NCBI GenBank assembly: GCA_040880725.1
Contig: JBBDHV010000040.1
Coordinates: 21,843-85,842, forward strand
Length of the DNA: 64,000 nucleotides
Source of the DNA: Acidimicrobiia bacterium
Lineage (GTDB): Bacteria > Actinomycetota > Acidimicrobiia > Spongiisociales > ZC4RG35
Reading direction: 5' to 3'
How positions within the stretch are numbered: position 1 is the first letter of the stretch; each line of letters opens with the position of its first letter. Position numbers and translations under genes: made by a program. The notes below the pieces were generated by a model that was not told the DNA's origin, searched no databases, and saw only the letters and a program-made list of their open reading frames with translations. Positions 12,165 to 21,107 of the stretch are shown in pieces.

Positions 12165-13436
12165 TCAGCCCACCCCGGAGAAGTCCGCGGGGTACGGCGG
12201 GAACGCGGCCGCCAGGGCACGGACTTCGGTGGCGATCGGTCCGAGTGCCTCGGGATCGGCGTGGTGGGCCAACGCGGAGGCGATGAGCGAAGCGGTCTTG
12301 TCCGCCTCGACTTCCTTCATCCCCTGGGTGGTCATCGCAGGTGTCCCGATGCGCAGTCCGCTCGCCCGGTAGGGCGGGCGGGGATCGTTCGGAATCGAGT
12401 TGAAGTTGAGGGTGATGCCGATCGAGTTCAGCATCCTCGCCGCATCCCGCCCCGTGAGCTCGGAGTCGACGGAACGCAGATCGACCAAGAACAGGTGATT
12501 CGTCGTTCCGCCGGTCACCAGACGAATGCCTTCGGCCGTCATTCGCTCCGCCATGACCGACGCGTTGGCGAGAATCTGGCGGGAGTACTCGGCGAACTCA
12601 GGGGTTGCCGCCTCCCGGAAACACACCGCCTTGGCGGCGATCTGATTGATGATCGGACCGCCCTGACCCCCCGGGAACACCGCCTTGTCGATGAGGGTCG
12701 CGTATTCCTCCGTGGCGAGAATCAGTCCTCCCCGCGGGCCGCGCAGCGCCTTGTGCGTGGTGGCGGTCACGATGTCCGCATACTCCATCGGGTTTGCCAT
12801 GACCCCGCCGGCCACCAGGCCGATGAAATGGGCGGCGTCGACGAGGAAGACAGCGCCGATCTCGTCGGCGATCGAGCGGAACGCGGAGTAGTCGAGTTCG
12901 CCCGAGTACGCCGAGTAGCCCGCGAGGAGGACCTTCGGCCGGTGCTCCAACGCCAAGCGCCGCACCTCGTCCATGTCGATCAGCTCGGTCTCTGGGTCGA
13001 GTCCGTAGGCGATGAAGTTGTAGTAGCGGCCCGAGAAGTTGACCGGCGAGCCGTGGGTCAGGTGGCCGCCCTGGTCGAGACGCATCCCCATGATCTTGTC
13101 CCCCGGTTCGAGGAGTGACAGGTACACGCCCATGTTCGCCTGTGCTCCGGAGTGGGGCTGGACGTTGGCGTGTGCGGCGTCGAACAGCGCTTTCGCCCGG
13201 TCGATGGCGAGTTGCTCGATCTCGTCGACGATCTCACACCCCTCGTAATACCGCTTGCGGGGGTACCCCTCGGCATACTTGTTGGTGAAGATCGATCCGC
13301 TCGCGGCCATGACGGCGGGCGAGGCGAAGTTCTCCGAAGCGATCAGATGGATGTGGGTGTTTTGACGGGCGAGATCTCTGCCTATCAGGTCGGCCACGGT
13401 GGGGTCAACCGCGGCGAGTGGGCTCATGTCGATCAT
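12165..13436 (-). CDS. glyA: Serine hydroxymethyltransferase
   Basis: 423 aa, LIASENFASPAVMAASGSIFTNKYAEGYPRKRYYEGC, TTHKALRGPRGG (PLP lysine). Confidence 0.98.
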   Translation of the reverse strand: MIDMSPLAAVDPTVADLIGRDLARQNTHIHLIASENFASPAVMAASGSIFTNKYAEGYPRKRYYEGCEIVDEIEQLAIDRAKALFDAAHANVQPHSGAQANMGVYLSLLEPGDKIMGMRLDQGGHLTHGSPVNFSGRYYNFIAYGLDPETELIDMDEVRRLALEHRPKVLLAGYSAYSGELDYSAFRSIADEIGAVFLVDAAHFIGLVAGGVMANPMEYADIVTATTHKALRGPRGGLILATEEYATLIDKAVFPGGQGGPIINQIAAKAVCFREAATPEFAEYSRQILANASVMAERMTAEGIRLVTGGTTNHLFLVDLRSVDSELTGRDAARMLNSIGITLNFNSIPNDPRPPYRASGLRIGTPAMTTQGMKEVEADKTASLIASALAHHADPEALGPIATEVRALAAAFPPYPADFSGVG

Positions 13437-13445
13437 CGCAGAATC

Positions 13446-13509
13446 CTGGTTCCGGGTCCGTTGCGGGGCGGAGGGTACCCGGGTCGGTCACCCACGGAAC
13501 CAGGGACCC
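13446..13509 (-). promoter_or_regulatory. Structured glyA leader element with pairing that overlaps the SD
   Basis: Perfect 9-nt complement ctggttccg (13446-13454) / cggaaccag (13495-13503), plus the adjacent gggtcc/ggaccc pair. On the mRNA the 3' arm runs into AGGA, 7 nt before the ATG. Confidence 0.35.
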
Positions 13510-13688
13510 GCGGTCATCCCGACGGCACCGTCGGCGACTCCAACCCCCGAACGACGGGGATATCGAACGAGTGTGACCGCGTACAGCCGTAGCCGTGGTC
13601 CGACGCCGTGATACATGTGCTGCTCCTTCGCTGTGTGCTCTCGGGGATGCGACGCCGACGTCGCCTCGATGGTTCCCGCACCGCGAAA

Positions 13689-13712
13689 GGGCCGGCCCCC
13701 GGGGACCGGCCC
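13689..13712 (-). terminator. Intrinsic terminator after the MsiK-like gene
   Basis: The minus strand reads GGGCCGGTCCCCGGGGGCCGGCCC followed by TTTCG, starting 22 nt after the stop at 13735. Confidence 0.5.
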
Positions 13713-13734
13713 TTCGTGCGAACGTGAATGCCCG

Positions 13735-14940
13735 TCAGCGGATGGCGGCGCCTGTCTCCTTGTCGAAGAAATGCAACTTCGATGTGTCGACGACGAGTGT
13801 CGCGTTGGTCAGCGGCCTCGGGGCGTAGTCGGGATGGACACGGGCGGTGAACTTGGTCTCGTTGGCGTGCACGTCTTCCTCGGTCCCTTCCATCGCCTCG
13901 CGCAGGTCCTCGGTCATCACCGGCGCATACGGCTTCGTGAAGTGAACGAACGCTTCGGAACCGAGCTGTTCGACGATCTGGGTCTCGATCTCGATCGTCC
14001 GGTTCTGGGTGATGACATCCGAACTCGCCGCGTCGAGGATCTCGAAGGACTCGGGTCGAAGACCGATGACGATCTCCTTGCCCTTGTAGTCGGCGAGCCT
14101 GGGACGCTCCGCCAGTCGCGAACCTGCGATCTCGACCCGCTCCCCGCAGAAAGACGCAACCACCCGATCGCCTTCGCCGTCGATCGTGCCATAGGCGAAG
14201 TTCATCGACGGCGAACCGATGAATCCGGCCACGAACAGGTTGTCCGGCTCGTCGTACAGCTTCCGGGGTGAGTCGATCTGCTGGAGGTTCGTGACCTCAC
14301 GGCCGTGGATGGCACGGAGAACAGCGACCCGATCCCCCATCGTCATCGCCTCGACCTGGTCGTGGGTGACATACAGCGTCGTGGTGGCGAGACGGGCATG
14401 GAGCAAACCCAATTCCGAGCGCATCTGCACGCGCAGCTTGGCGTCGAGGTTCGACAAGGGCTCGTCCATCAGAAACGCCGAAGGTTCCCGAACGATCGCC
14501 CGCCCCATCGCCACACGTTGCCGCTGGCCACCGGACAGTGCCTTCGGCTTGCGATCGAGCAGTTCAACGATCTCGAGTGTCTTGGCGGCGCCGTCGACCC
14601 TGCGCTGGATCTCGTCACGAGGCATCTTGCGGAGCTTCAGCCCGAACGCCATGTTGTCGAACACGCTCATGTGCGGATAGAGCGCATAGTTCTGGAACAC
14701 CATCGCGATGTCGCGGTCTTTCGGTGACACATCGTTGACGATCCGATCGCCGATGGACAGGTCGCCTTCTGTCACGTCCTCCAACCCGGCCACCATCCGC
14801 AGCAGCGTGGACTTGCCACAACCGGAGGGTCCCACCAGCACCACGAACTCCCCGTCTTCGACGTGGATGTTCACATCATGGATCGCGCGCGTCCCGTCGG
14901 GATACACCTTCCCGATCGAATCGAACGTGATCGAGGCCAT
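13735..14940 (-). CDS. Sugar ABC transporter ATP-binding protein (MsiK/UgpC/MalK type), no adjacent permease
   Basis: [16 protein letters not shown]..., Walker [10 protein letters not shown], signature LSGGQRQR, MalK-like C-terminal domain. ATG 14940 has SD GGGAGGA. The track start at 14991 is an over-extension. Confidence 0.92.
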   Translation of the reverse strand: MASITFDSIGKVYPDGTRAIHDVNIHVEDGEFVVLVGPSGCGKSTLLRMVAGLEDVTEGDLSIGDRIVNDVSPKDRDIAMVFQNYALYPHMSVFDNMAFGLKLRKMPRDEIQRRVDGAAKTLEIVELLDRKPKALSGGQRQRVAMGRAIVREPSAFLMDEPLSNLDAKLRVQMRSELGLLHARLATTTLYVTHDQVEAMTMGDRVAVLRAIHGREVTNLQQIDSPRKLYDEPDNLFVAGFIGSPSMNFAYGTIDGEGDRVVASFCGERVEIAGSRLAERPRLADYKGKEIVIGLRPESFEILDAASSDVITQNRTIEIETQIVEQLGSEAFVHFTKPYAPVMTEDLREAMEGTEEDVHANETKFTARVHPDYAPRPLTNATLVVDTSKLHFFDKETGAAIR

Positions 14941-15023
14941 GGTTATCCTCCCGAAAAGTCGACCTGACGCTTCGGCGAACTTACCATGCAAGCGCTATCA
15001 CCGTCCCCGGAAGCAGGAGCCTT

Positions 15024-15728
15024 GTGACTCGGACGATTGTCATCACCGGTGGAACCGGCGGTCTCGGGACCGCCCTCGCTTCTCGACTTCTCGACGGAGA
15101 CACCCGACTCGCGGTGACCTATCTCCTCCCGGAGGAGGCGGCCGCGTTCGAGGATGAATTCGGACAAGACGAGTCCCGCATCATGCTTCGGCGAGTCGAC
15201 GCCACGGACGCCGGAGCCGTGTCGGATTTCGTCGGCGAGGTGAAGGCGACCTGGGGTCCGTTCAACGGCCTGGCGGCCCTCGTGGGCGGTTGGGCAGGAG
15301 GACGCGACGTCGAATCGACCGACGACGTCCGTCTCGAGCGAATGCTTGACCTGAACCTGCGGTCGGCGTTCAACGCCGTACGGGCGTGCGTGCCGCTGCT
15401 GCGCGAGGCCGAGTACGGCCGCATCGTGCTGGTGGGCAGCCGAGACGCCATCGAGTCGCCGCCCGGTCAGGCAGCATTCAACATGGCGAAAGCCGGTGTG
15501 ATGGCACTCGGGCGTACCGTCGCCCGCGAACTGGAACCCACGAACGTCACCGCCACGGTGCTGCTTCCCACGGTGATCGACACGCCCGCGACCCGCGCCG
15601 CACTCCCCTACTCCGACTACGTCGACTGGCCGACGCCGGACGAGATCAGCACAGTCGCCTCGTTCCTGCTCAGCGTGGAAGCCGGAGTGATGAACGGCGC
15701 GATGGTTCCCGTCTACGGCAAAGCCTGA
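15024..15728 (+). CDS. SDR family oxidoreductase
   Basis: GTG start, ITGGTGGLG dinucleotide motif, 234 aa. Confidence 0.85.
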   Translation: MTRTIVITGGTGGLGTALASRLLDGDTRLAVTYLLPEEAAAFEDEFGQDESRIMLRRVDATDAGAVSDFVGEVKATWGPFNGLAALVGGWAGGRDVESTDDVRLERMLDLNLRSAFNAVRACVPLLREAEYGRIVLVGSRDAIESPPGQAAFNMAKAGVMALGRTVARELEPTNVTATVLLPTVIDTPATRAALPYSDYVDWPTPDEISTVASFLLSVEAGVMNGAMVPVYGKA

Positions 15729-15754
15729 AGGCCCTCCCGCGGTGTGCCGGCCCG

Positions 15755-18232
15755 CTATGCCTCCGCGCGGTCATTCCGCCGGTTGGCTCCTGCGGCGGAA
15801 TGCGTGAGCAACTCGGCAACGGGAACGGCCGGCGCGAACAGCCAACCCTGACCGACGGTGCATCCCAGCCTGAGGAGGTGGGCACGCTCCTCCTCGGTCT
15901 CGACGCCTTCGGCCACGGTCATCAGGCCGAGCGTCTCGCCGATCTCGAGCACCATCTCGGCGAGCCGGGACCGTTCGGGTCCTGTCATGCGGGCGACGAA
16001 CGAGCGATCGACCTTGACGATGGAAATCGGCAGCGAGTCCAGTCGCGACAGCGACGAGTAGCCGGTACCGAAGTCGTCCAGGGCGATCCGCACACCGAGG
16101 TCGTGCACGTCGGCGAGCAGGCGTTCGCCATGCTCGATGGCGGCCTTCTCGGTGATCTCGATGACGAGGGCGGAGGGATCGAGTCCGTTGGCGTCCAGCT
16201 CGGCGACAACTGTCGAGGCCAGCCCGGCATGGACCTGGTCGGCTGAGAGATTCACCGACACCCAGATGTCGGGGTAGCCGGCGCGGAGCGCAGCAGCGTC
16301 GTGACATGCCCGCCCGATGGTCCAGCCCCCCAGCAGTTCCATGAGACCTGCCTCGTCGGCGATCGCCAGCGCCTCGGGAGCAGGGATGGGACCGTGTTCG
16401 GGATGTTCCCACCGCAGGAGGCCCTCGGCACCGATGACCGCACCGGTTTCGAGTTCGACGATGGGCTGATACTTCAACGTCAGCGCCCCGGACACGAGGG
16501 CAGCCTGGAAGTCGGCGCGCAGTTCGGCCCTCCTTCGAAGCGCCTGATCCGCCGCGTGACCGTGGAGATGGAACGAACCCTTCCGCCCGTGCTTGGCGAC
16601 GTACATGGCCTCATCGGCGTGGGCCAGGACGGTGTCGACCGAGTCGTTCGGGGCCACGCCGGCGACACCGATGCTCGCACGCACGAAGACGGCGTTCCCA
16701 CCGACATCGAAGGGACGCTCGAAGGCTGCCAGCAGGCGAGCGGCGACGGTGGACTCGCGCCCCGGTGCGTCGACATCGAAGAGGAGGATGGCGAACTCGT
16801 CGCCGCCGAGGCGGGCCACCGTGTCCTGGGTCCGACAGCACGACTGGATCCGGGTCGCAACCAGGCGGAGGAGGTCATCGCCGGCAGCATGGCCCAGCGT
16901 GTCGTTCACCCGCTTGAAGTCGTCGAGGTCGAGAAAGAGGACGGCGTTGCGGCCACTGGCGTTCGCCAGGGCTTCGGCAACGAGACGACGGAACAGCGAA
17001 CGGTTGGCGAGCCCAGTCAGGGGATCGTGCTCAGCCTGGTGCCTCAGTTCTTCCTTCAGGTCGTGCAGGGCGGCGAGCGACTCCTCGAGGCGGCCGTTCT
17101 CAAGCGACACCGAAAGCTGGGACCCGAGGGTCTCGAGCAGCGTCAGGTCGCTGTTTGAGAACGAGGAGATGTCGCTCTCGGGATCGCGCACGATGAAGGC
17201 GCCGATGACTTCCTCGCCGGTCCGGAGGGGCACGACCATGGCATCGTTGCGCTTGCGGTCGGGATCGGTCTGCTCGATCCGGCTTTCTCCGGTCGCCACC
17301 ACCTCCCGCACGAGAGGATGGAGTTGGTCTGCACTGGCCAACTCCATGGTTCGTTCCACCGTGCCGGAGACAGAGGTGGTGTAGACGTCCGAGCGGTCTT
17401 CGTCTTGGAAGAGCACGATCTCGCTCAGCTCGGCGGCGAACATCCCCAGCGCGCGCCGGGCCGCCGCGAGGACGGCCTCGTCGAGTTGCGGCGTGCCGTG
17501 CAGCTCACGCGTGGCTTCGTACATGGCGGTGAGGCGGGCGTGCTCCTGACGTTGCGTGACCTGGGCGCGGTAGGCCAGGAACAGCAGCACCGGAGGCACC
17601 AGTGCGATCCAGAGGGCGCTCGGTCGGGTCCAGGCGATGTTGACGGCGATGAGCGCCAGCGCAGTGTTCATGCTGGCGGCCACACCCCCCAACGAAAGAA
17701 CCTGGAGCATGTCTGCGCGGGTCATGCGGCCACCCGACAGTCGGATTGCGGCGTTGATCAGCAAGTTGGCAACCAGGAGCGCCGATCCGATCGCCAGCAA
17801 CGCCGCCACGGCTGCTCGGAATCCGAGTGGATCGGAGCTGCCGAGGACCGCACGGAACACCAGCGTGACGATTGCCGCCTGCAGCGTGAACTGGGCAACG
17901 TTGAAGAACAGCTTCTGGGCGCTCTGCCTGCGGTGCAGCACCAGTGCGGCGAGGCTCCCGACTGCTTGACCGAGGATCACCGCCCACGGCGCAGCGAAGA
18001 ACAGACCCAACACCAGCGGAATCTCGCTCAGCGAGAACGAATGGGCGTGACGATTGAAGCTGAAATGCACCACCGTCCGTTCGGCGACGTAGAAGAGCGG
18101 GATGAGTGCCCACCACGCGATGTGGAACTGGGCGTCACCCAAAGCCGGAAGGCCGACGACCCACAGGACGGTCCCGGACGCCGCCGAGGCGATGGCTCCG
18201 GAGAGCCACCAGACCTTGACGGACCCGGACAT
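15755..18232 (-). CDS. Membrane GAF-GGDEF-EAL protein (c-di-GMP synthesis/hydrolysis)
   Basis: N-terminal multi-TM region. RTQD I-site five residues before GGDEF. EAL-domain residues EGL, N, EITE, DDFGTGYSS, KVDRSF, EGVE and QG are present. The start is taken at ATG 18232 because the track extension to 18433 is an alternate frame of the protease repeat. Confidence 0.88.
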   Translation of the reverse strand: MSGSVKVWWLSGAIASAASGTVLWVVGLPALGDAQFHIAWWALIPLFYVAERTVVHFSFNRHAHSFSLSEIPLVLGLFFAAPWAVILGQAVGSLAALVLHRRQSAQKLFFNVAQFTLQAAIVTLVFRAVLGSSDPLGFRAAVAALLAIGSALLVANLLINAAIRLSGGRMTRADMLQVLSLGGVAASMNTALALIAVNIAWTRPSALWIALVPPVLLFLAYRAQVTQRQEHARLTAMYEATRELHGTPQLDEAVLAAARRALGMFAAELSEIVLFQDEDRSDVYTTSVSGTVERTMELASADQLHPLVREVVATGESRIEQTDPDRKRNDAMVVPLRTGEEVIGAFIVRDPESDISSFSNSDLTLLETLGSQLSVSLENGRLEESLAALHDLKEELRHQAEHDPLTGLANRSLFRRLVAEALANASGRNAVLFLDLDDFKRVNDTLGHAAGDDLLRLVATRIQSCCRTQDTVARLGGDEFAILLFDVDAPGRESTVAARLLAAFERPFDVGGNAVFVRASIGVAGVAPNDSVDTVLAHADEAMYVAKHGRKGSFHLHGHAADQALRRRAELRADFQAALVSGALTLKYQPIVELETGAVIGAEGLLRWEHPEHGPIPAPEALAIADEAGLMELLGGWTIGRACHDAAALRAGYPDIWVSVNLSADQVHAGLASTVVAELDANGLDPSALVIEITEKAAIEHGERLLADVHDLGVRIALDDFGTGYSSLSRLDSLPISIVKVDRSFVARMTGPERSRLAEMVLEIGETLGLMTVAEGVETEEERAHLLRLGCTVGQGWLFAPAVPVAELLTHSAAGANRRNDRAEA

Positions 18233-18243
18233 CGAGTGTGGTT

Positions 18244-19965
18244 TCACGACCAGGACGTCACCGACCAGGAGGCACCCGACCACGACGCACCAGACCAGCT
18301 CGCACCTGACCATGATGCGCCTGACCACGATGCGCCCGACCAACTGGCACCAGACCAACTGGCACCCGACCACGACGCACCAGACCAGCTCGCACCTGAC
18401 CACGACGCACCCGACCAACTGGCGCCGGACCACGATGCACCATCGAAGAAGTCGGGGCTGGACTCGCCGTTCCAGTCGTTACCGAAGATGTCGGCTTCGC
18501 CCTCCAGAACCACGCCGTCATGCTCGACGTGGTGGGTTCCACGAGCACCTTCGAGCGTCCCCGCACCGGTCGCGAGCGGAGCGCTCTGCTCGACGGTGGG
18601 GGTGGACATCCCGAATGCGGTGTCCATGTCGATCAGACCCGCACCCTGACAGGCAGCCGAGACCTTGCGGAGAGGACTCGACGACTGTGCCAAGAGCGCC
18701 TTCACTTCGTCCGGCGTGATGTCGGGCCGCTGATCGACGATCAACGCCACGGCCCCCGTGACGATCGCCGACGCCTGGGACGTCCCCGACCCCCGGAACA
18801 GCCGATCCTGGACGACGGCAGAGCCATTGTGCGCGTCGATGAATGAACCCGGCACGCGGAGTCCGAGAACCGACTTGCCCGGTGCGACGAGATCCACCGT
18901 CCTGTCCGTCCCACAGTTGGAGAAGGGCAGCACCCGGTCGTCGGCAGTCGCCGGTGTGCCCCGGGTGTCCACGGCGCCCACCGCGATGATGGACGGATGG
19001 GAGGCGGGGTTGCGGACGGGGACGGCGTTGCCGTCATTGCCCGAGGATGCCACGACGACGATCCCGGAATTCCAGGCCTGCTCCACGGCGTAGGCGAGGG
19101 GGTCGAGGGCGGGTGATTGTGTCCCGTCCGTGCCGAATGCGAGCCCCAGCACCCGAATATCGAGGCCACGAGTCGGATCGTCCTGGTGTGCGACCACCCA
19201 GTCGATCGCGGCGATCACCTGTGACACGTCGGCAAGGCCCTGACCGTCGGCGACCTTGACGTTGACGAGTCGGGCATTGGGCGCGATTCCCATGTAGGAC
19301 TTACGGAAGTCCTTCTTCGTCGGTGCCGCGCCGTCATCGAGATCGGAGCCGGCGATGATCGAGCCCATGTGTGTCCCGTGCCCGAAGAGGTCGAGATGAT
19401 TCAGGTTGGCCTGGGGCGAGTCGAACGAGATGTCGGGGCCGTTGACCACCTTGTTCGGGCCGTCGAGCCCTGCCACCGGTGCGATACCGGAGTCGATGAT
19501 CGCGACATCGACGCCTTGACCGGTGTATCCCGCTTCCCAGAACGTGTCGGCGCCGATCACGTGGTCGACGATGCGGACGAGTGAACCCTCATCGGAGGGA
19601 GGGCCGCTCTCGAACGCGCTGAGCTCGATCTGGCTGTCGGGAACGACTGAGACCACGGCAAATGCAGAGCGAAGTCGCTCGGCGGCTGCGGCAGTCATGT
19701 CAACGACGAAGCCGTCGATGATCGGAAGTGGACTGAAGCTGGTCACACCGGATCCTGCGAGGAGATCAGCGACCACCCCAGTCTGTCCCGGCGCACTTCG
19801 CACGATCCACCCGACGGTGGGTTCGGGGTCCGCGCTCGACGCCGGCGGGGCGAAGGCCGGCAACATCATCATCACGACAGCGATGATGAGAGAGCGCCCA
19901 ATCGGGCGTCCCTTCGAGTCTTTGTCGTCGTCTCCCCAACTCACGCCGCGAGAAGAGACGAACAT
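18244..19965 (-). CDS. Secreted S8 (subtilisin-like) serine peptidase with C-terminal pentapeptide-repeat tail
   Basis: Catalytic triad contexts VAIIDSGI, HGTHMGSIIAG, GTSQASAIVTGAVAL. Signal-like IGRSLIIAVVMMMLPAFAPPASSA. Start uncertain (ATG 19965, GTG 19944 or track 20022). Confidence 0.88.
   Translation of the reverse strand: MFVSSRGVSWGDDDKDSKGRPIGRSLIIAVVMMMLPAFAPPASSADPEPTVGWIVRSAPGQTGVVADLLAGSGVTSFSPLPIIDGFVVDMTAAAAERLRSAFAVVSVVPDSQIELSAFESGPPSDEGSLVRIVDHVIGADTFWEAGYTGQGVDVAIIDSGIAPVAGLDGPNKVVNGPDISFDSPQANLNHLDLFGHGTHMGSIIAGSDLDDGAAPTKKDFRKSYMGIAPNARLVNVKVADGQGLADVSQVIAAIDWVVAHQDDPTRGLDIRVLGLAFGTDGTQSPALDPLAYAVEQAWNSGIVVVASSGNDGNAVPVRNPASHPSIIAVGAVDTRGTPATADDRVLPFSNCGTDRTVDLVAPGKSVLGLRVPGSFIDAHNGSAVVQDRLFRGSGTSQASAIVTGAVALIVDQRPDITPDEVKALLAQSSSPLRKVSAACQGAGLIDMDTAFGMSTPTVEQSAPLATGAGTLEGARGTHHVEHDGVVLEGEADIFGNDWNGESSPDFFDGASWSGASWSGASWSGASWSGASWSGASWSGASWSGASWSGASWSGASWSGASWSGASWSVTSWS
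18247..18441 (-). repeat. 13 tandem 15-nt units encoding (GASWS)x12 + VTSWS inside the protease CDS
   Basis: Read directly. Units differ only at synonymous positions. An exact 42-nt stretch at 18271-18312 recurs at 18361-18402 (90-nt higher-order period). Confidence 0.95.
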
Positions 19966-20174
19966 GGTTCCAACGTTCGTGGGCAAACGAACCCTCCATG
20001 GTCGATGTCCTCCCATCGGCATCCCAAGGGTCGAAACTTGAGTCGTTGGACCCAGTTTTTCCGCATCGCCGGAGTCTGTCCGGAACGCTTCCTCCGGCGC
20101 TTCGTCGCCGGCCGAGTACGGTTCGGGAGGAAGCGACAGCCCGCCCGGTGGGACGGAGCAGGAAGGCAGCCGAC

Positions 20175-21101
20175 ATGGCCATCGAGGACTTCCAGGTAAC
20201 CGAGAGTCCGTGGGGACCGGACGATGAACTCGGGGCGTTCAATCTGATGACGCCGGAGAGCCAGGCGCAAATCGTCTCCCGGGCAGACGGGTCGCGGATA
20301 TTCGACCTGTCATGCGACTACTTCATCGGAATGCCGACATGGAGTGCGCTCGGGGATCCGTCGTATCAGCTCTACATCACCCACGACCCGCAGGGCGACG
20401 TGGTGCGGAATCCCATCGGACTCGACGACGACGCCAACCGTCTCACGTCGTACACGGGTGATGCCGTTTCGATGTACACGCACAGCGGAACCCACATCGA
20501 CGCCCTCAACCATTTCGGGGCGCATGGCACCATCTACAACAACTTCGACGCCGAGCACCATCGGGGCAGCCGACACTGGGACAAGTGCGGGGTGGATGTG
20601 ATCCCGCCCATCATCGCCCGGGGAGTGCTGCTGGACATCGCCGGATACAAGGACACAGACCAGCTCCCTCCGTCCTATGGGATCGGCCCGGACGACCTAC
20701 AGGGTGCTGCAGAACGGCAGGGCACGGAGATCCGCAAAGGCGACGTCGTCCTCATCCGCACCGGCCGCTATCAGGAATGGCCCGACACCGAAGCGTTCCT
20801 GACCGACGAGCCCGGCCTGAACCTCGCGGGCGCCAAATGGCTGGTCGAGGAAAAGGAAGTGATGTTGCTCGGATCGGACAACGTGGCCTTCGAACAGCTC
20901 CCCAGCGAATCGGAGGAGACGTGGATCCCAGTACACATGTACCTCTTCAACAACACCGGACGGACCATCATCGAGGTGGTCAACTGTGAGGAACTGGCGC
21001 GTGAGCGGGTGTATGAGTTCGCTTTCTTCGGGCTGCATCTCAAGTTGCGGGGCGCCTCGGCGTCACCGATCCGCTGCATCGCCATGCCTCTCCGGTCCTG
21101 A
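20175..21101 (+). CDS. Cyclase-family protein (kynurenine formamidase-like metal hydrolase)
   Basis: HSGTHIDALNHF motif. ATG 20175 has SD GGAAGG. The track start at 19998 overlaps the divergent protease. Confidence 0.8.
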   Translation: MAIEDFQVTESPWGPDDELGAFNLMTPESQAQIVSRADGSRIFDLSCDYFIGMPTWSALGDPSYQLYITHDPQGDVVRNPIGLDDDANRLTSYTGDAVSMYTHSGTHIDALNHFGAHGTIYNNFDAEHHRGSRHWDKCGVDVIPPIIARGVLLDIAGYKDTDQLPPSYGIGPDDLQGAAERQGTEIRKGDVVLIRTGRYQEWPDTEAFLTDEPGLNLAGAKWLVEEKEVMLLGSDNVAFEQLPSESEETWIPVHMYLFNNTGRTIIEVVNCEELARERVYEFAFFGLHLKLRGASASPIRCIAMPLRS

Positions 21102-21107
21102 ACCGGT

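Noticed and set aside
13437-13620. ZTP (pfl) or other known folate/purine riboswitch upstream of glyA
   Set aside because: By eye, the conserved GACUGGCG and CCGCCUGGGC elements are absent. I keep only the observation of structure, not a class assignment.
18247-18441. Regular short-period repeat array that could superficially suggest a CRISPR or minisatellite
   Set aside because: The period is 15 nt with no spacers. The array lies inside a CDS and maintains one reading frame, so it is a coding tandem repeat.
17318-18719. Plus-strand ORFs with APDHD/APDQL repeats, and a minus-strand LVWCVVVGC repeat extension of the GGDEF-EAL ORF (to 18433)
   Set aside because: All are alternative-frame or antisense readings of the 15-nt GASWS repeat. 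The GASWS frame is continuous with the S8 catalytic domain.
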